From positions 1,488,001 through 1,552,000 of the forward strand of contig CP060754.1 in the NCBI GenBank assembly GCA_023205875.1: a DNA stretch of 64,000 nt, in the 5' to 3' direction. The position numbers were made by a program, and so were the translations under genes. Positions 54,389 through 64,000 of this stretch are shown in pieces. Under the pieces are notes generated by a model that saw only the letters and a list, made by a program, of their open reading frames with translations, was not told the origin of the DNA and did not search any database. The DNA is from Chloropicon primus (lineage: Eukaryota). How positions within the stretch are numbered: the stretch's first letter is position 1; every line of letters starts with the position of its first letter.

Positions 54389-57300
54389 ATGGTGATGCTC
54401 AATGGCGCCGAGGGGGAGGAGTCGAGGGACCGAAGAGCGGCACCGGCGGTCCGGGACCCCCGAAGGCGTGGGCTGCCCAGAAGCCAGTCAACCAACCCGA
54501 GCAGGGGTGTCGTTTTCCTGCGAGACGACAGCCACGAGCTCAGGCAGCTGAGGAATCCTCGAGTAAGTTTGCTCGTTCCGGACTGATCGCGCGCGGCCTT
54601 GGTTTTGACTGACCTGTTCTCGAATTCGAAGCGAGCCAACTCGAACAGATTCACGTCCTCCTCGGGCAGAAGCCTGCAGAGAGACCGCTTTGGCCACAGG
54701 GGCGGGCGTGCGGGTAGCCACAGAGGAGGATCCTCCAGAGGAGGGGGTTCTAACTCCAGAGGAGGGGGAGCAGCGCAAGCCCCCCTGCCGGTGCAGAAGA
54801 TTCAGCACCCTTCCGCGCTCAGAGTAAGTTTTGGTGCGCGCGTTGCGGATCAGGCGCGGTGTAACTGACATTCCCTCCCTTTCTTTCTCTTGCCCACAGG
54901 CGGGTGCCAGCAGGGACAGTTACCAGCAGCGGCCACCACAGAGCCACCACGACAGCAGGGGCGCTGGTCGCGGCCAGCACCACCAGAGCCAGCTTCGGGC
55001 GTCCTCTTCCAGGGCGCCTTCTTCCAGGGGCGGGGGGGTTCACGGGAACGATATCCATAGCCATGTCGTGGGCGGTGTTCTGTTCAACTCGGGGTGCCAG
55101 AGGAGCAAAGGGGAGCTCAAACCCCTTCCTAACGAGTTTGGGCACGTGTCAGAATACAGCAATGCTTACAAGCCTCTGTTGCTTGAGGAGGCAAGAGCCT
55201 CCGTGCGTAGGAATTGGGAGGAAGAGTGCGAGAACAAGAGGCTTTACAGGGCGCAACTCCTTTGGGTGACTGAGAAAGCGAGCGGGCAGACGGGCAACAA
55301 CCAAGGAAAGGGCACGCAACAAGGCGGAAGCCTGGTGGCAACCTTTCAGTTCGACAAGAACCAGATAGGCAAGAAACCGAAAATGATGAATCAGGATGTC
55401 CTGGTCTTTGCTGACCGGCCTCCTGCGGTCCAAGTGAACGCCACGGAGTGGCTCAGCGGGGAGCTCAAGAAGAAATTCGCGGATGGATATCAAAAAGCAT
55501 TGGGTGCGGCGGCAGGGAACCCGGGCATGCTCCATGGCTTGCGCCGCGTCCACGTCGTGTGCTTTGCGGGCATTGTGGTGAACGTGGACGACAGGAATGC
55601 GAGCAAGCCCACTGGCACTGTCAAAGTCGAAGTTTTCCCTCGTTGTTCGATGTACCCGAAATGCGGCGGGGAGTGTGCAAAGCACGTCAACGAGGAAGAA
55701 TTGGTTGCTCGCTTGAAGGCAAAGCAAACCTGGCACTTCGCTCAATGCAGCAGCCTGGTCACCGTCAAGCGAGAGTTCCTAGCTTTGAACTCCTTGAACA
55801 GCAATCACGCCTTGCTTCCTGGAATTCTCAAGCCGAAGTCAATGAGGAGAGGGTTGAAGAGGGGGACAGATGGCGCGCCTTTGAAACCGACGCTTCCTTC
55901 CGAATGCTCCGGCCAACTCTTTCAGAAGTTTCTCGAACAGGAATTCAACGCCAAGCAATACGAGGCGGTGTGCACAGCAGCATCACAGATGGCCATCACG
56001 GGAAGAAATGAAATCTTCAACTCTTTCACTCTTGTGCACGGCCCGCCAGGAACTGGCAAGACCCACACCATTTGGGGCATCCTCAATGTCGTGCACATCG
56101 TTTGCTTCCAGCGGTACTACAAGAAGATCACAAATGCCGTGATGCGGAGTTTTCCTCAAAAGGATATCCAAAAAGCTTACGCTTCGTCCAGCATGAGCCG
56201 GCAAGAGGCCCTGAAGCTCTGCGACTGCCTCCTCAACGCCGATCTCGAAGCACAAAAGAGGGTCTTGCACGAGCTGGCGCCAAAGCCAAGGATCTTGGTT
56301 TGCGCCCCTAGCAACGCTGCGGTGGACGAGATGTGCAAACGTGTGGTCCTGAATGGCTTCAAGCAGATGAATATGCAAAAGTATGATCCGCGCGTTGTCA
56401 GGGTTGCCGCTGGGAATCACCCACTCAGTGATATTCTCCTAAAGGTGTCCTCAAGGAGGCAAGCCGAGGGTTACTTGGCGCTGAGTGGGTGGGATTGGGA
56501 GAAGAGGTTCAGCAACTCAAAGAACGCTGTCGAGAATTCGAAAAAGAGGATTCAACACCTGGTGCTTCAGATCAAGCATCAGGCGAGCGCGATCAAGCAC
56601 CAAGCGAAGGCCTTGGATTCATTGCAGTCAGGTCGCGAAAACGATTCGGATCAGCAGCGTGACCTGAGGCAAGCGATGGGCCAGTTGGAGGGTTCCTTGG
56701 TGGCGTTGGCAAAACTGCACGAGAATCGCGAGGAGAACGTGAACGAATTGGAGAGATTGAAATTGTGCAAGAGCATCGTACAGAGAGGGCACTCTGACGA
56801 ACTCTTGAAGAGGGACTCCATGGAGGCCCTCGAGATCACCTTCCTCAGGGATGCTGAGATCGTGTTCACCACTCTGTCCTCCAGTGCAAACAGGTCATTC
56901 AGGGAGCTCAATCTCAAGTTCGAGGTGGTTCTCATAGACGAGGCTGCCCAGGCAGGGGAGCTCGAGTGCTTGCAGCCCCTGCAGTACGGCGCCCGCCACT
57001 GCGTGCTCGTTGGAGACCCTCAGCAGCTGCCTGCCACAATTCTTTCCACGCTGGCTGCAAAGTGCAGTTACGGAAGGTCCATGCTCGAGAGATTCTCTAA
57101 CGATGGCGTTTACGCGATCCAGCTGTGCGAGCAGTTCAGAATGCATCCCGGGATCAGAGAGTTTCCCAGCAAGTACTTTTACGAGGGCAAGCTCGAGGAT
57201 GCCCCCTGCATCAAAGACCGTGCCCAATCGAAGTCTCGCTCCACGATTTACAAGTTCGTCAAGGCGAGTGGGAAGATGGGCCAGATCAGTGACCAGGAAG

Positions 57301-57932
57301 ACCAGTCCTTGCTCGATAAGCCTTACACCGTCTTCAACGTCCGGGGTACCAACACCAGGAACGCTCAAGGGTCTCTGGCCAACAGGGACGAGGTCCGCGC
57401 TGTTGTCCAGCTCTACAATTACCTCATGAACAAGGTCGCGCCCCTCGAGCCAGTTCCCGCGGCGGACGAGTCCGCAGGAAATCCGCCGCAAAGAAGGAGG
57501 TACCCCCCGTGCGGCATGAGCGTTGGCATCATCACCCCCTATCGCTACCAAAGGGATCTGATCAGGGAAGCTTTCGAGAAAAAGTACGGCAGCGTTGGCT
57601 GGGACTCGAGGGCCAACAACGTCAGGATAGACACCATAGACTCGTTCCAGGGGAAGGAGAGGGACGTCATCATCCTTTCTTGCGTGAGAGCACACCAGAA
57701 AGGCAAGAGCCCAAAGGAAGGCGATTTGCTTGGCTTTGTCAGCGACATCAGGAGAATGAACGTGGCCATCACGAGGTCCAAGATGCTCCTCTGGATCGTT
57801 GGAGACTTGGACACCCTCCAGGCGGACAAGGCCTGGAAGGCTTTGATTCAGGATGCCATGGAGAGGCAGACCCTGAGGTTCGATGTGAAAGAGCTCTGCG
57901 CCAAGTGGGACAAGGAAGAGGGCGAGCTCTAA
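54389..57932 (+). CDS. SEN1/Upf1-like SF1 RNA/DNA helicase (probable introns 54563-54631 and 54824-54899)
   Basis: LVHGPPGTGKT, ILVCAPSNAAVDE, VLIDEAAQ, LVGDPQQLPAT, QFRMHP, TIDSFQGKERD and RRMNVAITR. The 5' exons are inferred from GTAAGT donors. Confidence 0.9.
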
Positions 57933-58006
57933 CCAACCCTCTTGCCACCCATTCCTCGTTGTAATTCTAACTGTACGATGATGTACCAAAACAAATACCC
58001 ACTTCA

Positions 58007-58390
58007 CTTCCACTCCACTTCACTCCCCTACCCCTCCTTCAATCCGCCCCACCCCATAGATCCCTTCCACTCCACTTCACTCCCCTACCCCTCCTTCAAT
58101 CCGCCCCACCCCATAGATCCCTTCCACTCCACTTCACTCCCCTACCCCTCCTTCCAATCCGCCCCACCCCATAGATCACTTCCACTCCACTTCACTCCCC
58201 TACCCCTCCTTCAATCCGCCCCACCCCATAGATCCCTTCCACTCCACTTCACTCCCCTACCCCTCCTTCAATCCGCCCCATAGATCCCTTCCACTCCACT
58301 TCACTCCCCTACCCCTCCTTCAATCCGCCCCATAGATCCCTTCCACTCCACTTCACTCCCCTACCCCTCCTTCAATCCGCCCCACCCCAT
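58007..58390. repeat. Minisatellite of about 7 copies of a 52-58 bp unit
   Basis: The unit CTTCCACTCCACTTCACTCCCCTACCCCTCCTTCAATCCGCCCCACCCCATAGATCC is repeated head-to-tail; two units lack 5 nt. Confidence 0.95.
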
Positions 58391-58532
58391 TGAAACGGCT
58401 CTGCGTTTGATCGCGCGCAAACTGTGAGGCTCCTTGGCGGAAGCCCTCTGTTTGCCTCGCGAGGTGAGAAGACCCGAGGGGGGGTTGCGCGGGAAGCGCT
58501 CGCTTGCGCGAAGGCCGCGCCCGCGATCAAAC

Positions 58533-59000
58533 ATGGCGTGCTTGAGGGTCGGGCGACAAATGCTGAGGCAGACCGCGTCGTTGGTGTGCCCCACGACGAC
58601 GACGATGATGATGATGGCGACGAAAGGGGAAGGGTTCCTGGGAGTTTGTGGCGGCTCCTTGGGCGGTTCGCAGGCATACGCTCCGTCATGCGGAGTGTTG
58701 GAGCGGTTCGGGTCGTCGCTCTTGGCGCCTCGTCGGGAGGGGAGACCTTTCGGAAGCACGAAGGCCGAGACGTACGACGTGGGGAGCAGCAGCAACATCA
58801 AGTGGCACGAGTCGCCCGTTACGCGGGACGCGAGGGAAAAGCAACTCAATCAGAGGGGTTGCGTCCTGTGGATGACGGGGCTTAGTGGATCGGGGAAGGT
58901 GAGATGACGAAGTCACTGCACTTCTGTCCGTCTGCGAATTACACAACACTTTTGCTGACCCCCGAGATCTGGTTTGGTTGCTTCACCACCTCTTTTGCCT

Positions 59001-59038
<38 letters not shown>

Positions 59039-59595
59039 TGTGTGCGTGTGCGTGCGTGCGTGTGCGTGACTCTCTCTCTGCGTTCTCTTCGTGCTCGGCC
59101 CGGCAGTCCACCGTTGCTTTCACCCTGGAGCACATGCTGCAGGAGGAGGGCAAACTGTGTTACGTGCTCGACGGGGACAACGTCCGGCACGGCTTGTGCC
59201 AGGACTTGGGGTTCACCGCGCAGTGCCGCGAGGAGAACATCAGGCGGATGGGTGAGGTGGCCAACCTCATGGCAAATGCGGGCATCATCACAGTCGTGTC
59301 GATCATCTCACCCTTCGCCAAGGACAGGAACAAAGTCAGAGAGAGGATGGAGAACAAGTCTGATTTCCACGAGGTCTACATGAAGATCCCGGTCTCGGTT
59401 TGCGAAGAGAGGGACCCCAAGGGACTGTACAAGAAGGCGCGGGCGGGGAAGATCAAGGGGTTCACGGGAATCGATGCGCCTTACGAGGCACCAGAAAACC
59501 CGGAGATCACGTTGGAGGTGAATGACGGCAACGCTGCGGAGATGGCGCGGGAGCTCCTCGACTACCTCAGGTCGCACAAGTTTTTGGAGTATTGA
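58533..59595 (+). CDS. APK: Adenylyl-sulfate (APS) kinase with a transit peptide (intron 58899-59106)
   Basis: [59 protein letters not shown]. The intron carries a (CT)n(GT)n microsatellite. Confidence 0.95.
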
Positions 59596-60177
59596 GTCCC
59601 GCCGGTCCTTGAAGTGAGGAGGACGATGGAACACAAATGAAATAAAAGAAGGTTTCGCTCTTGTAGAAAATTCTTTTGAAAAGTTCGGTTCCATGAATGA
59701 GAGAGGCAAGCAACCGCGAACGCGGGAGCTCCTCCAGAGTGTCATGCACGAGACCAACGAGATCTATCGATCGCCAGAGAGAGAGACGAGGCCACCACCA
59801 ACGGACGGGGGGGGAGGGATGGAACACGTAACTCTGTCAGAAAGCCTTGATCACCAAGCATCACCAGCAGAGGTCAAGATGAGAATGAACGATTTCAGAA
59901 TTGGTACCAAGAAAAGACGAAGTACTAGCTCGGAATTCTGGATTGAAAGGCGAAGGGGACGCGCTTGTGCTAACCGACGGAACGGTCGAGTCGGTTGAGC
60001 GGGAGAGCGGCGGTTCGTACCTCCCTCCGTTCGTGGACAAGGTTGGAAGACGAAAGGCCAATCCGGTGGGGCTGGGTGGTGTGGACGGTAGAGAGGGGGG
60101 AAGCAGTGGGCGTTTGAGCTTCTTCCTGACAGGGGAAAGAGACCACCAAGTTACAACCTTTTCTTCTTGCAAAGCTG

Positions 60178-60951
60178 ATGGATGTCAAGTGGAACACGAA
60201 GGGACCACAACAAGTGTGGTCTCCTTTCGACGGGCTAGACGTGGGCAGCGGGACCACCTTCGACGAGCTCTTGGAAAGTCACAAGTTTGGAAAAGGGAAG
60301 GACAACTCCTTGCAGTCAGCACACGCCCAAGTTGTCGTCGTCGCGAAGAGGCCTCCTCAGAGTTCCAAGGCGAAAGGGAGGACCGCGAAGTCTTCGAGGT
60401 ACTGGACGAAGGAAGAGAGAACGTGCTTCGAGGCCGCTTTGAAGCTCCACAAGAACGACTACAACGAAGTGTCCAAGCATGTTGGAAGCCGAACCCCCGC
60501 GCAAGTTCGCTCCCACGCTCGAAAGTACTACAAAAAGTTGATCAGGGACTACAAGAAGAAGAGAAAGGAGATGCAAGGCAGCGCGAAGCAGTCTCAGGGT
60601 GGTGGTGGTGAGGTCAGGTTCGACCGCGACCCTATCGAGCACCACCACCAAGCGGCGTCGCCAACGAGCACTTTCTTCGACCCGAACGAAGCCTTCGTCG
60701 ACGCGCGGGCGTCGTATTCACCACCAGCAGGGCAGCCTACCCAGGAAAATTTCTTGAACTGCTTCTTTCCGCTCGCCCCGCTGGACCACCATTGCGTCCC
60801 CGCGACACCAGCACAGGAGTTCCCTGCTGCTTACCCAAGCCACCTTCTGGATGACGGTTGTGAGGACTCCCTCGTGGTCCACCACAACGGAGAGATGATT
60901 GACGTGGACACTGTGCTGGATTTTTTCGGTGGCTTCGAGGACATCACTTGA
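60178..60951 (+). CDS. Single-repeat MYB (SHAQKYF-class) transcription factor
   Basis: YWTKEERTCFEAALKLHKNDYNEVSKHVGSRTPAQVRSHARKYY. Confidence 0.85.
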   Translation: MDVKWNTKGPQQVWSPFDGLDVGSGTTFDELLESHKFGKGKDNSLQSAHAQVVVVAKRPPQSSKAKGRTAKSSRYWTKEERTCFEAALKLHKNDYNEVSKHVGSRTPAQVRSHARKYYKKLIRDYKKKRKEMQGSAKQSQGGGGEVRFDRDPIEHHHQAASPTSTFFDPNEAFVDARASYSPPAGQPTQENFLNCFFPLAPLDHHCVPATPAQEFPAAYPSHLLDDGCEDSLVVHHNGEMIDVDTVLDFFGGFEDIT

Positions 60952-60981
60952 TGCCCTTCCAAGCTTTGGTAATATATTACT

Positions 60982-62691
60982 TTAATTTACTCTTCTCTTC
61001 ATACAGTCGGATCGGAGGAACCCCTCCATCGACTCGCAGAACTCGCCCATCAGGACTTCAAAGTCAAACATCGTGGTGAGAACGTAGGTGTGCTCCTTCC
61101 CAGTGTAGTCCCGGATGAACTGTTCCTCATTCTGTTTCGAGCATTCCATCAGGGGAGAGTTTGCCACGTGCATGACGCCGCAAGGATAGGCGCGGAGCTG
61201 ACCTTTCGATCCCATGAAGCCGCCCTCTCTCCCGTTCGCCTCGAGCCTCATGTAATCGTCCCGAACCGTTTTGTTGGACAGGAGCCGATCCGCCACGACC
61301 CGCCAAGTTCTGGGAGCCAGGTTGGGAATCCCAAGGGACTGAGGAGCCGTGAAAGAGATGTACCAAGCGACCACGTCCTCCTCCTTGGGCGCTTGGTACT
61401 TGACCAAGTCGAGGAAGTATTGCGTGAATTTCGTGACCATGGGCCGCCGCGTTTGCTGGTCCCCACCCGCCTCTTCGCCGTCGAGTGCAATCGTGTAGAT
61501 TCTGAACGAGGGAAGCAGGTTCTTGAATGGCGTGAGGGATGGTGTGACGTAAGCCACGCCAGAGGCCCTCGACAAGAAGCCGTCGCCTTTGCCGGCTTCT
61601 CTTTCTCTGTCGTAAAACACTCTGAAAGATCCAGAGTGCTGGTGCCCGTAGAGCTGGGCAGCGATCACGCCGGTGTAAGAGCTCACAATCTCCTCGTACA
61701 CCTCGCTGTACTCGCCCCAGCACCCAGACCAGAGCCCCGGAGGAATGTGCCCGATGAGTATCGCCTTTGCTCCCGTCGACTCCAAATCGCTGAGCGTGAC
61801 TCGCAGCCACTCCAGCTGCTCCTGCGCATCGACTTCGTGACTGAAGGCGTGGTAGTTCTTCACGTGGCACACTTCGGTGTTCAGTCCGATGACGTACGCC
61901 CGAGCCCCCCCCTGGGTCGCCCCTAGCCTTATCTCGGACTTGTAGAAACCACCGTGGGCGAAAGTCCTTCTGGCCTCGCCCGAGCCGAGAAGATCCCTCC
62001 AGGCCCCCGTGGCCAGCGACTCCGTCAGCCAATTGTGTCCAGGCGATCCAGGGTCCGTGTGAGTCGGGTAGAAGTCGTAGTTCCCCAAGACAGGGAAAAT
62101 CTTTCCCGTAAACTCTTCCCCTCCTTCGTTTCCGGGCTGCAGTTCCCCTTGGCCAACACCAAAGTAATCGGAGAATGCGGCACGAAAGGCCCCCGTGGCA
62201 TTCGATATCGTCGCGAGAGCTCGCTCCCTGCCAAGCTCCCGCCCCAAATTCTCCTTCCCCGAGTCGTGTGGAAGGGTGTCCCCCGTCCAGACGATGATGT
62301 CCGGCTTCACAGACCTGGCTGCACTCAAAGCAGAATGCAAAAGGGCCAAGGGGGAGTCGCAGTTCCAGCTCCCGAGCTTCCCGGCACCCACCCCTCCCTC
62401 GGCCACTGCATTGGATGCACCTGCAGACGCCCTCCCCTCCCTCCCCCTGTCCCCCTCCCTCCTCTCTCCCCGTCCATCAACTTCGGCCCCCCCTGGCAGT
62501 CCTCCACGCTGTCCCCCTCGCTTGCAGCATGGAGGTCTGGCGCAAAGCGCGTTCGAGCCGTGCGCGTAGTCAAGGTCGAGGTGGATGTCGGTGATGTGCA
62601 GCACTCTCAATTCTCTTGCCTCGACGAGGGTCGAAGCAAGGAGCAGACTGAGCAAGCCCGCTGCCACCACCCGCAGCACCTCCATTCCCAT
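60982..62691 (-). CDS. Secreted or vacuolar calcineurin-like metallophosphoesterase (acid sphingomyelinase/PPN1-like)
   Basis: Signal peptide; HITDIHLD, GSWNCDSP, WTGDTLPH, LGNYD, GHIPPG, YGHQH and TPSLTP. The frame stays open upstream to ATG 62805. Confidence 0.88.
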   Translation of the reverse strand: MGMEVLRVVAAGLLSLLLASTLVEARELRVLHITDIHLDLDYAHGSNALCARPPCCKRGGQRGGLPGGAEVDGRGERREGDRGREGRASAGASNAVAEGGVGAGKLGSWNCDSPLALLHSALSAARSVKPDIIVWTGDTLPHDSGKENLGRELGRERALATISNATGAFRAAFSDYFGVGQGELQPGNEGGEEFTGKIFPVLGNYDFYPTHTDPGSPGHNWLTESLATGAWRDLLGSGEARRTFAHGGFYKSEIRLGATQGGARAYVIGLNTEVCHVKNYHAFSHEVDAQEQLEWLRVTLSDLESTGAKAILIGHIPPGLWSGCWGEYSEVYEEIVSSYTGVIAAQLYGHQHSGSFRVFYDREREAGKGDGFLSRASGVAYVTPSLTPFKNLLPSFRIYTIALDGEEAGGDQQTRRPMVTKFTQYFLDLVKYQAPKEEDVVAWYISFTAPQSLGIPNLAPRTWRVVADRLLSNKTVRDDYMRLEANGREGGFMGSKGQLRAYPCGVMHVANSPLMECSKQNEEQFIRDYTGKEHTYVLTTMFDFEVLMGEFCESMEGFLRSDCMKRRVN

Positions 62692-62808
62692 ATCTGGAGC
62701 CCCTGGAGCTTGGAGGGAGGAGAGTGGAAAGGGAGGACAACCAAGTCCTTGGCAGACTGGATTACTGTTATTTTGCTCGGAGGAAAAAAAATAAGGGTTT
62801 ATCATTAA

Positions 62809-64000
62809 TTACTTCTGCATGTACCAGCCAAGGACAACGACGATGAAAGCCAAGACCACGTACCACCTCGTGACTATGAAGTTGACGATCGCAGCAAGCA
62901 TCTTGAGGAGGACGCTCACAAAGCGGGCGAATGTGGTCATCATTCGTGCCTGCTTCTCTGACATCTCATAGCCCATCTGCTTGGACACGCCCATGAAGCT
63001 CTCGGTGGACATTTCGGAGAGGACCTCCGTGGCCTTTGCAATCTTCTCGATTTTCGAGGAAGACTCCATATTCTCTGTCTGCTGTGCGAGCTTGGTCATG
63101 TTCTGTAAGTCTTCTGGAGTCATTTTCGACATGGCGTCAGCAGCAGCCTTCATCATCTCTGGGTTGAACTGTTCCTCTGGCATGCCAGACATCTTTGCCA
63201 TCTCCTTCAAGTCCTCCTCTGTCATGTTGCCCATCATTTCGGTTGCCTGCTTCATCATATTTGGGTTCTGCGAAAACAGCTTGTCCATTTTCTCTATATC
63301 AGAAGTGCTTGGCATGCCCCCTGGGGCGTGGCTCATCTGGTTCATCTGAGTCTGGGCCTTCTTGTACTCCATCAGCTCCTCGGGACTCATGTTGATCATA
63401 GCTTCGGTGGCCGCTCTCACCATGTCTGCGTTGAACATGCCTGGTGGCATTCCTGGCATCCTCTTTCCTATCTCCATGAGCTGCTCGTCGGTCATCGCCT
63501 CCATTTTCGCCCTGAGCTGCTCCTGCACCTTGGCCGCGTACTCTGGGTCCGTCTGTAACCTGTGCTCCTGCTCCGGCGTCCAGTTGCTGTTCCTGGGGCG
63601 AGGCATCTCCTGGACCTCCTCGAGGGGAGGGCAGTCCTCGTCCACCTCCTCGAGGGGGGGGCAGTCCTCGTCCACCTCCTCGAGGGGAGGGCAGTCCTCG
63701 TCCACCTCCTCGAGGGGAGGGCAGTCCTCGTCCACCTCCTCGAGGGGAGGGCAGTCCTCGTCCACCTCCTCGGGGGGAGGGCAGTCCTCGTCCACCTCCT
63801 CCACAACCGGCTCTGCCTTCGCCTCCGTCTTCACCTCACCCCCCTGCTCATTCTCCTTCGCAAGCGCTTCCTTTGCCAACTTCAAAGCAGCTTTCACTCC
63901 CTCGTCCTGTGGAGCAATGCCGTGCGCACTCATCAAGTCCTGGTAGGCCTCAGAATACCTTCCGAGGTGGTGCAAGGCCTGCCCCTTCCTGTAGTAAGTC
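62809..64000 (-). CDS. TPR + STI1-like Met-rich tail-anchored co-chaperone (OEP61/TPR7-like; 5' end outside the window)
   Basis: TPR helix YYRKGQALHHLGRYSEAYQDL, STI1-like NPNMMKQATEMMGNMT repeats and a C-terminal TM helix. Confidence 0.7.
   Translation of the reverse strand, partial: TYYRKGQALHHLGRYSEAYQDLMSAHGIAPQDEGVKAALKLAKEALAKENEQGGEVKTEAKAEPVVEEVDEDCPPPEEVDEDCPPLEEVDEDCPPLEEVDEDCPPLEEVDEDCPPLEEVDEDCPPLEEVQEMPRPRNSNWTPEQEHRLQTDPEYAAKVQEQLRAKMEAMTDEQLMEIGKRMPGMPPGMFNADMVRAATEAMINMSPEELMEYKKAQTQMNQMSHAPGGMPSTSDIEKMDKLFSQNPNMMKQATEMMGNMTEEDLKEMAKMSGMPEEQFNPEMMKAAADAMSKMTPEDLQNMTKLAQQTENMESSSKIEKIAKATEVLSEMSTESFMGVSKQMGYEMSEKQARMMTTFARFVSVLLKMLAAIVNFIVTRWYVVLAFIVVVLGWYMQK
63614..63801 (-). 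repeat. Six 30-bp coding tandem repeats (EEVDEDCPPL)
   Basis: Plus-strand GCAGTCCTCGTCCACCTCCT recurs at 63631, 63661, 63691, 63721, 63751 and 63781. Confidence 0.95.

Noticed and set aside
58007..58390. Possible CRISPR array, or coding ORF 57942-58283
   Set aside because: Head-to-tail repeats without unique spacers, no cas genes and a eukaryotic context; the ORF merely translates the repeat.
59693..59998. 101-aa ORF upstream of the MYB gene
   Set aside because: No motif or homology evidence. It could be a uORF, but sequence alone cannot support it.

Overview
Gene-dense, GC-rich eukaryotic nuclear DNA from a photosynthetic organism, with few short GT-AG introns, intergenic gaps mostly 100-750 bp, and TGTAA motifs after many stop codons. 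PsaO, LQY1 and plastid-targeted proteins point to a green alga; the compact layout suggests a picoplanktonic, Chloropicon-like chlorophyte (inference only). About 30 protein-coding genes are supported: SPT6 (partial), V-ATPase A, MATE, DUF1764, PsaO, two fasciclin paralogs, VPS10/sortilin, LMBR1, LQY1, an MRH/ATG27-like receptor, PP2C, a WDR78-type dynein intermediate chain, EF-1alpha, VPS39, a cutinase-like hydrolase, a multidomain glycosyltransferase, VTC4 (two frameshifts), cyclophilin, a triple winged-helix protein, MFS, endonuclease G, a SEN1-like helicase, APS kinase, a MYB factor, an acid-sphingomyelinase-like phosphoesterase and an OEP61-like TPR protein (partial). The most unusual observations are: (1) a same-strand, out-of-frame 146-nt overlap of DUF1764 and MATE, a candidate bicistronic locus; (2) a ~5.2-kb block flanked by ~570-bp near-identical inverted repeats, one arm being the 3' end of a triple HARE-HTH-like gene; (3) six internal EEVD repeats in a TPR co-chaperone; (4) a secreted hydrolase with bacterial cutinase/PETase-family motifs. 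All family calls come from recognised motifs; no database searches were run.
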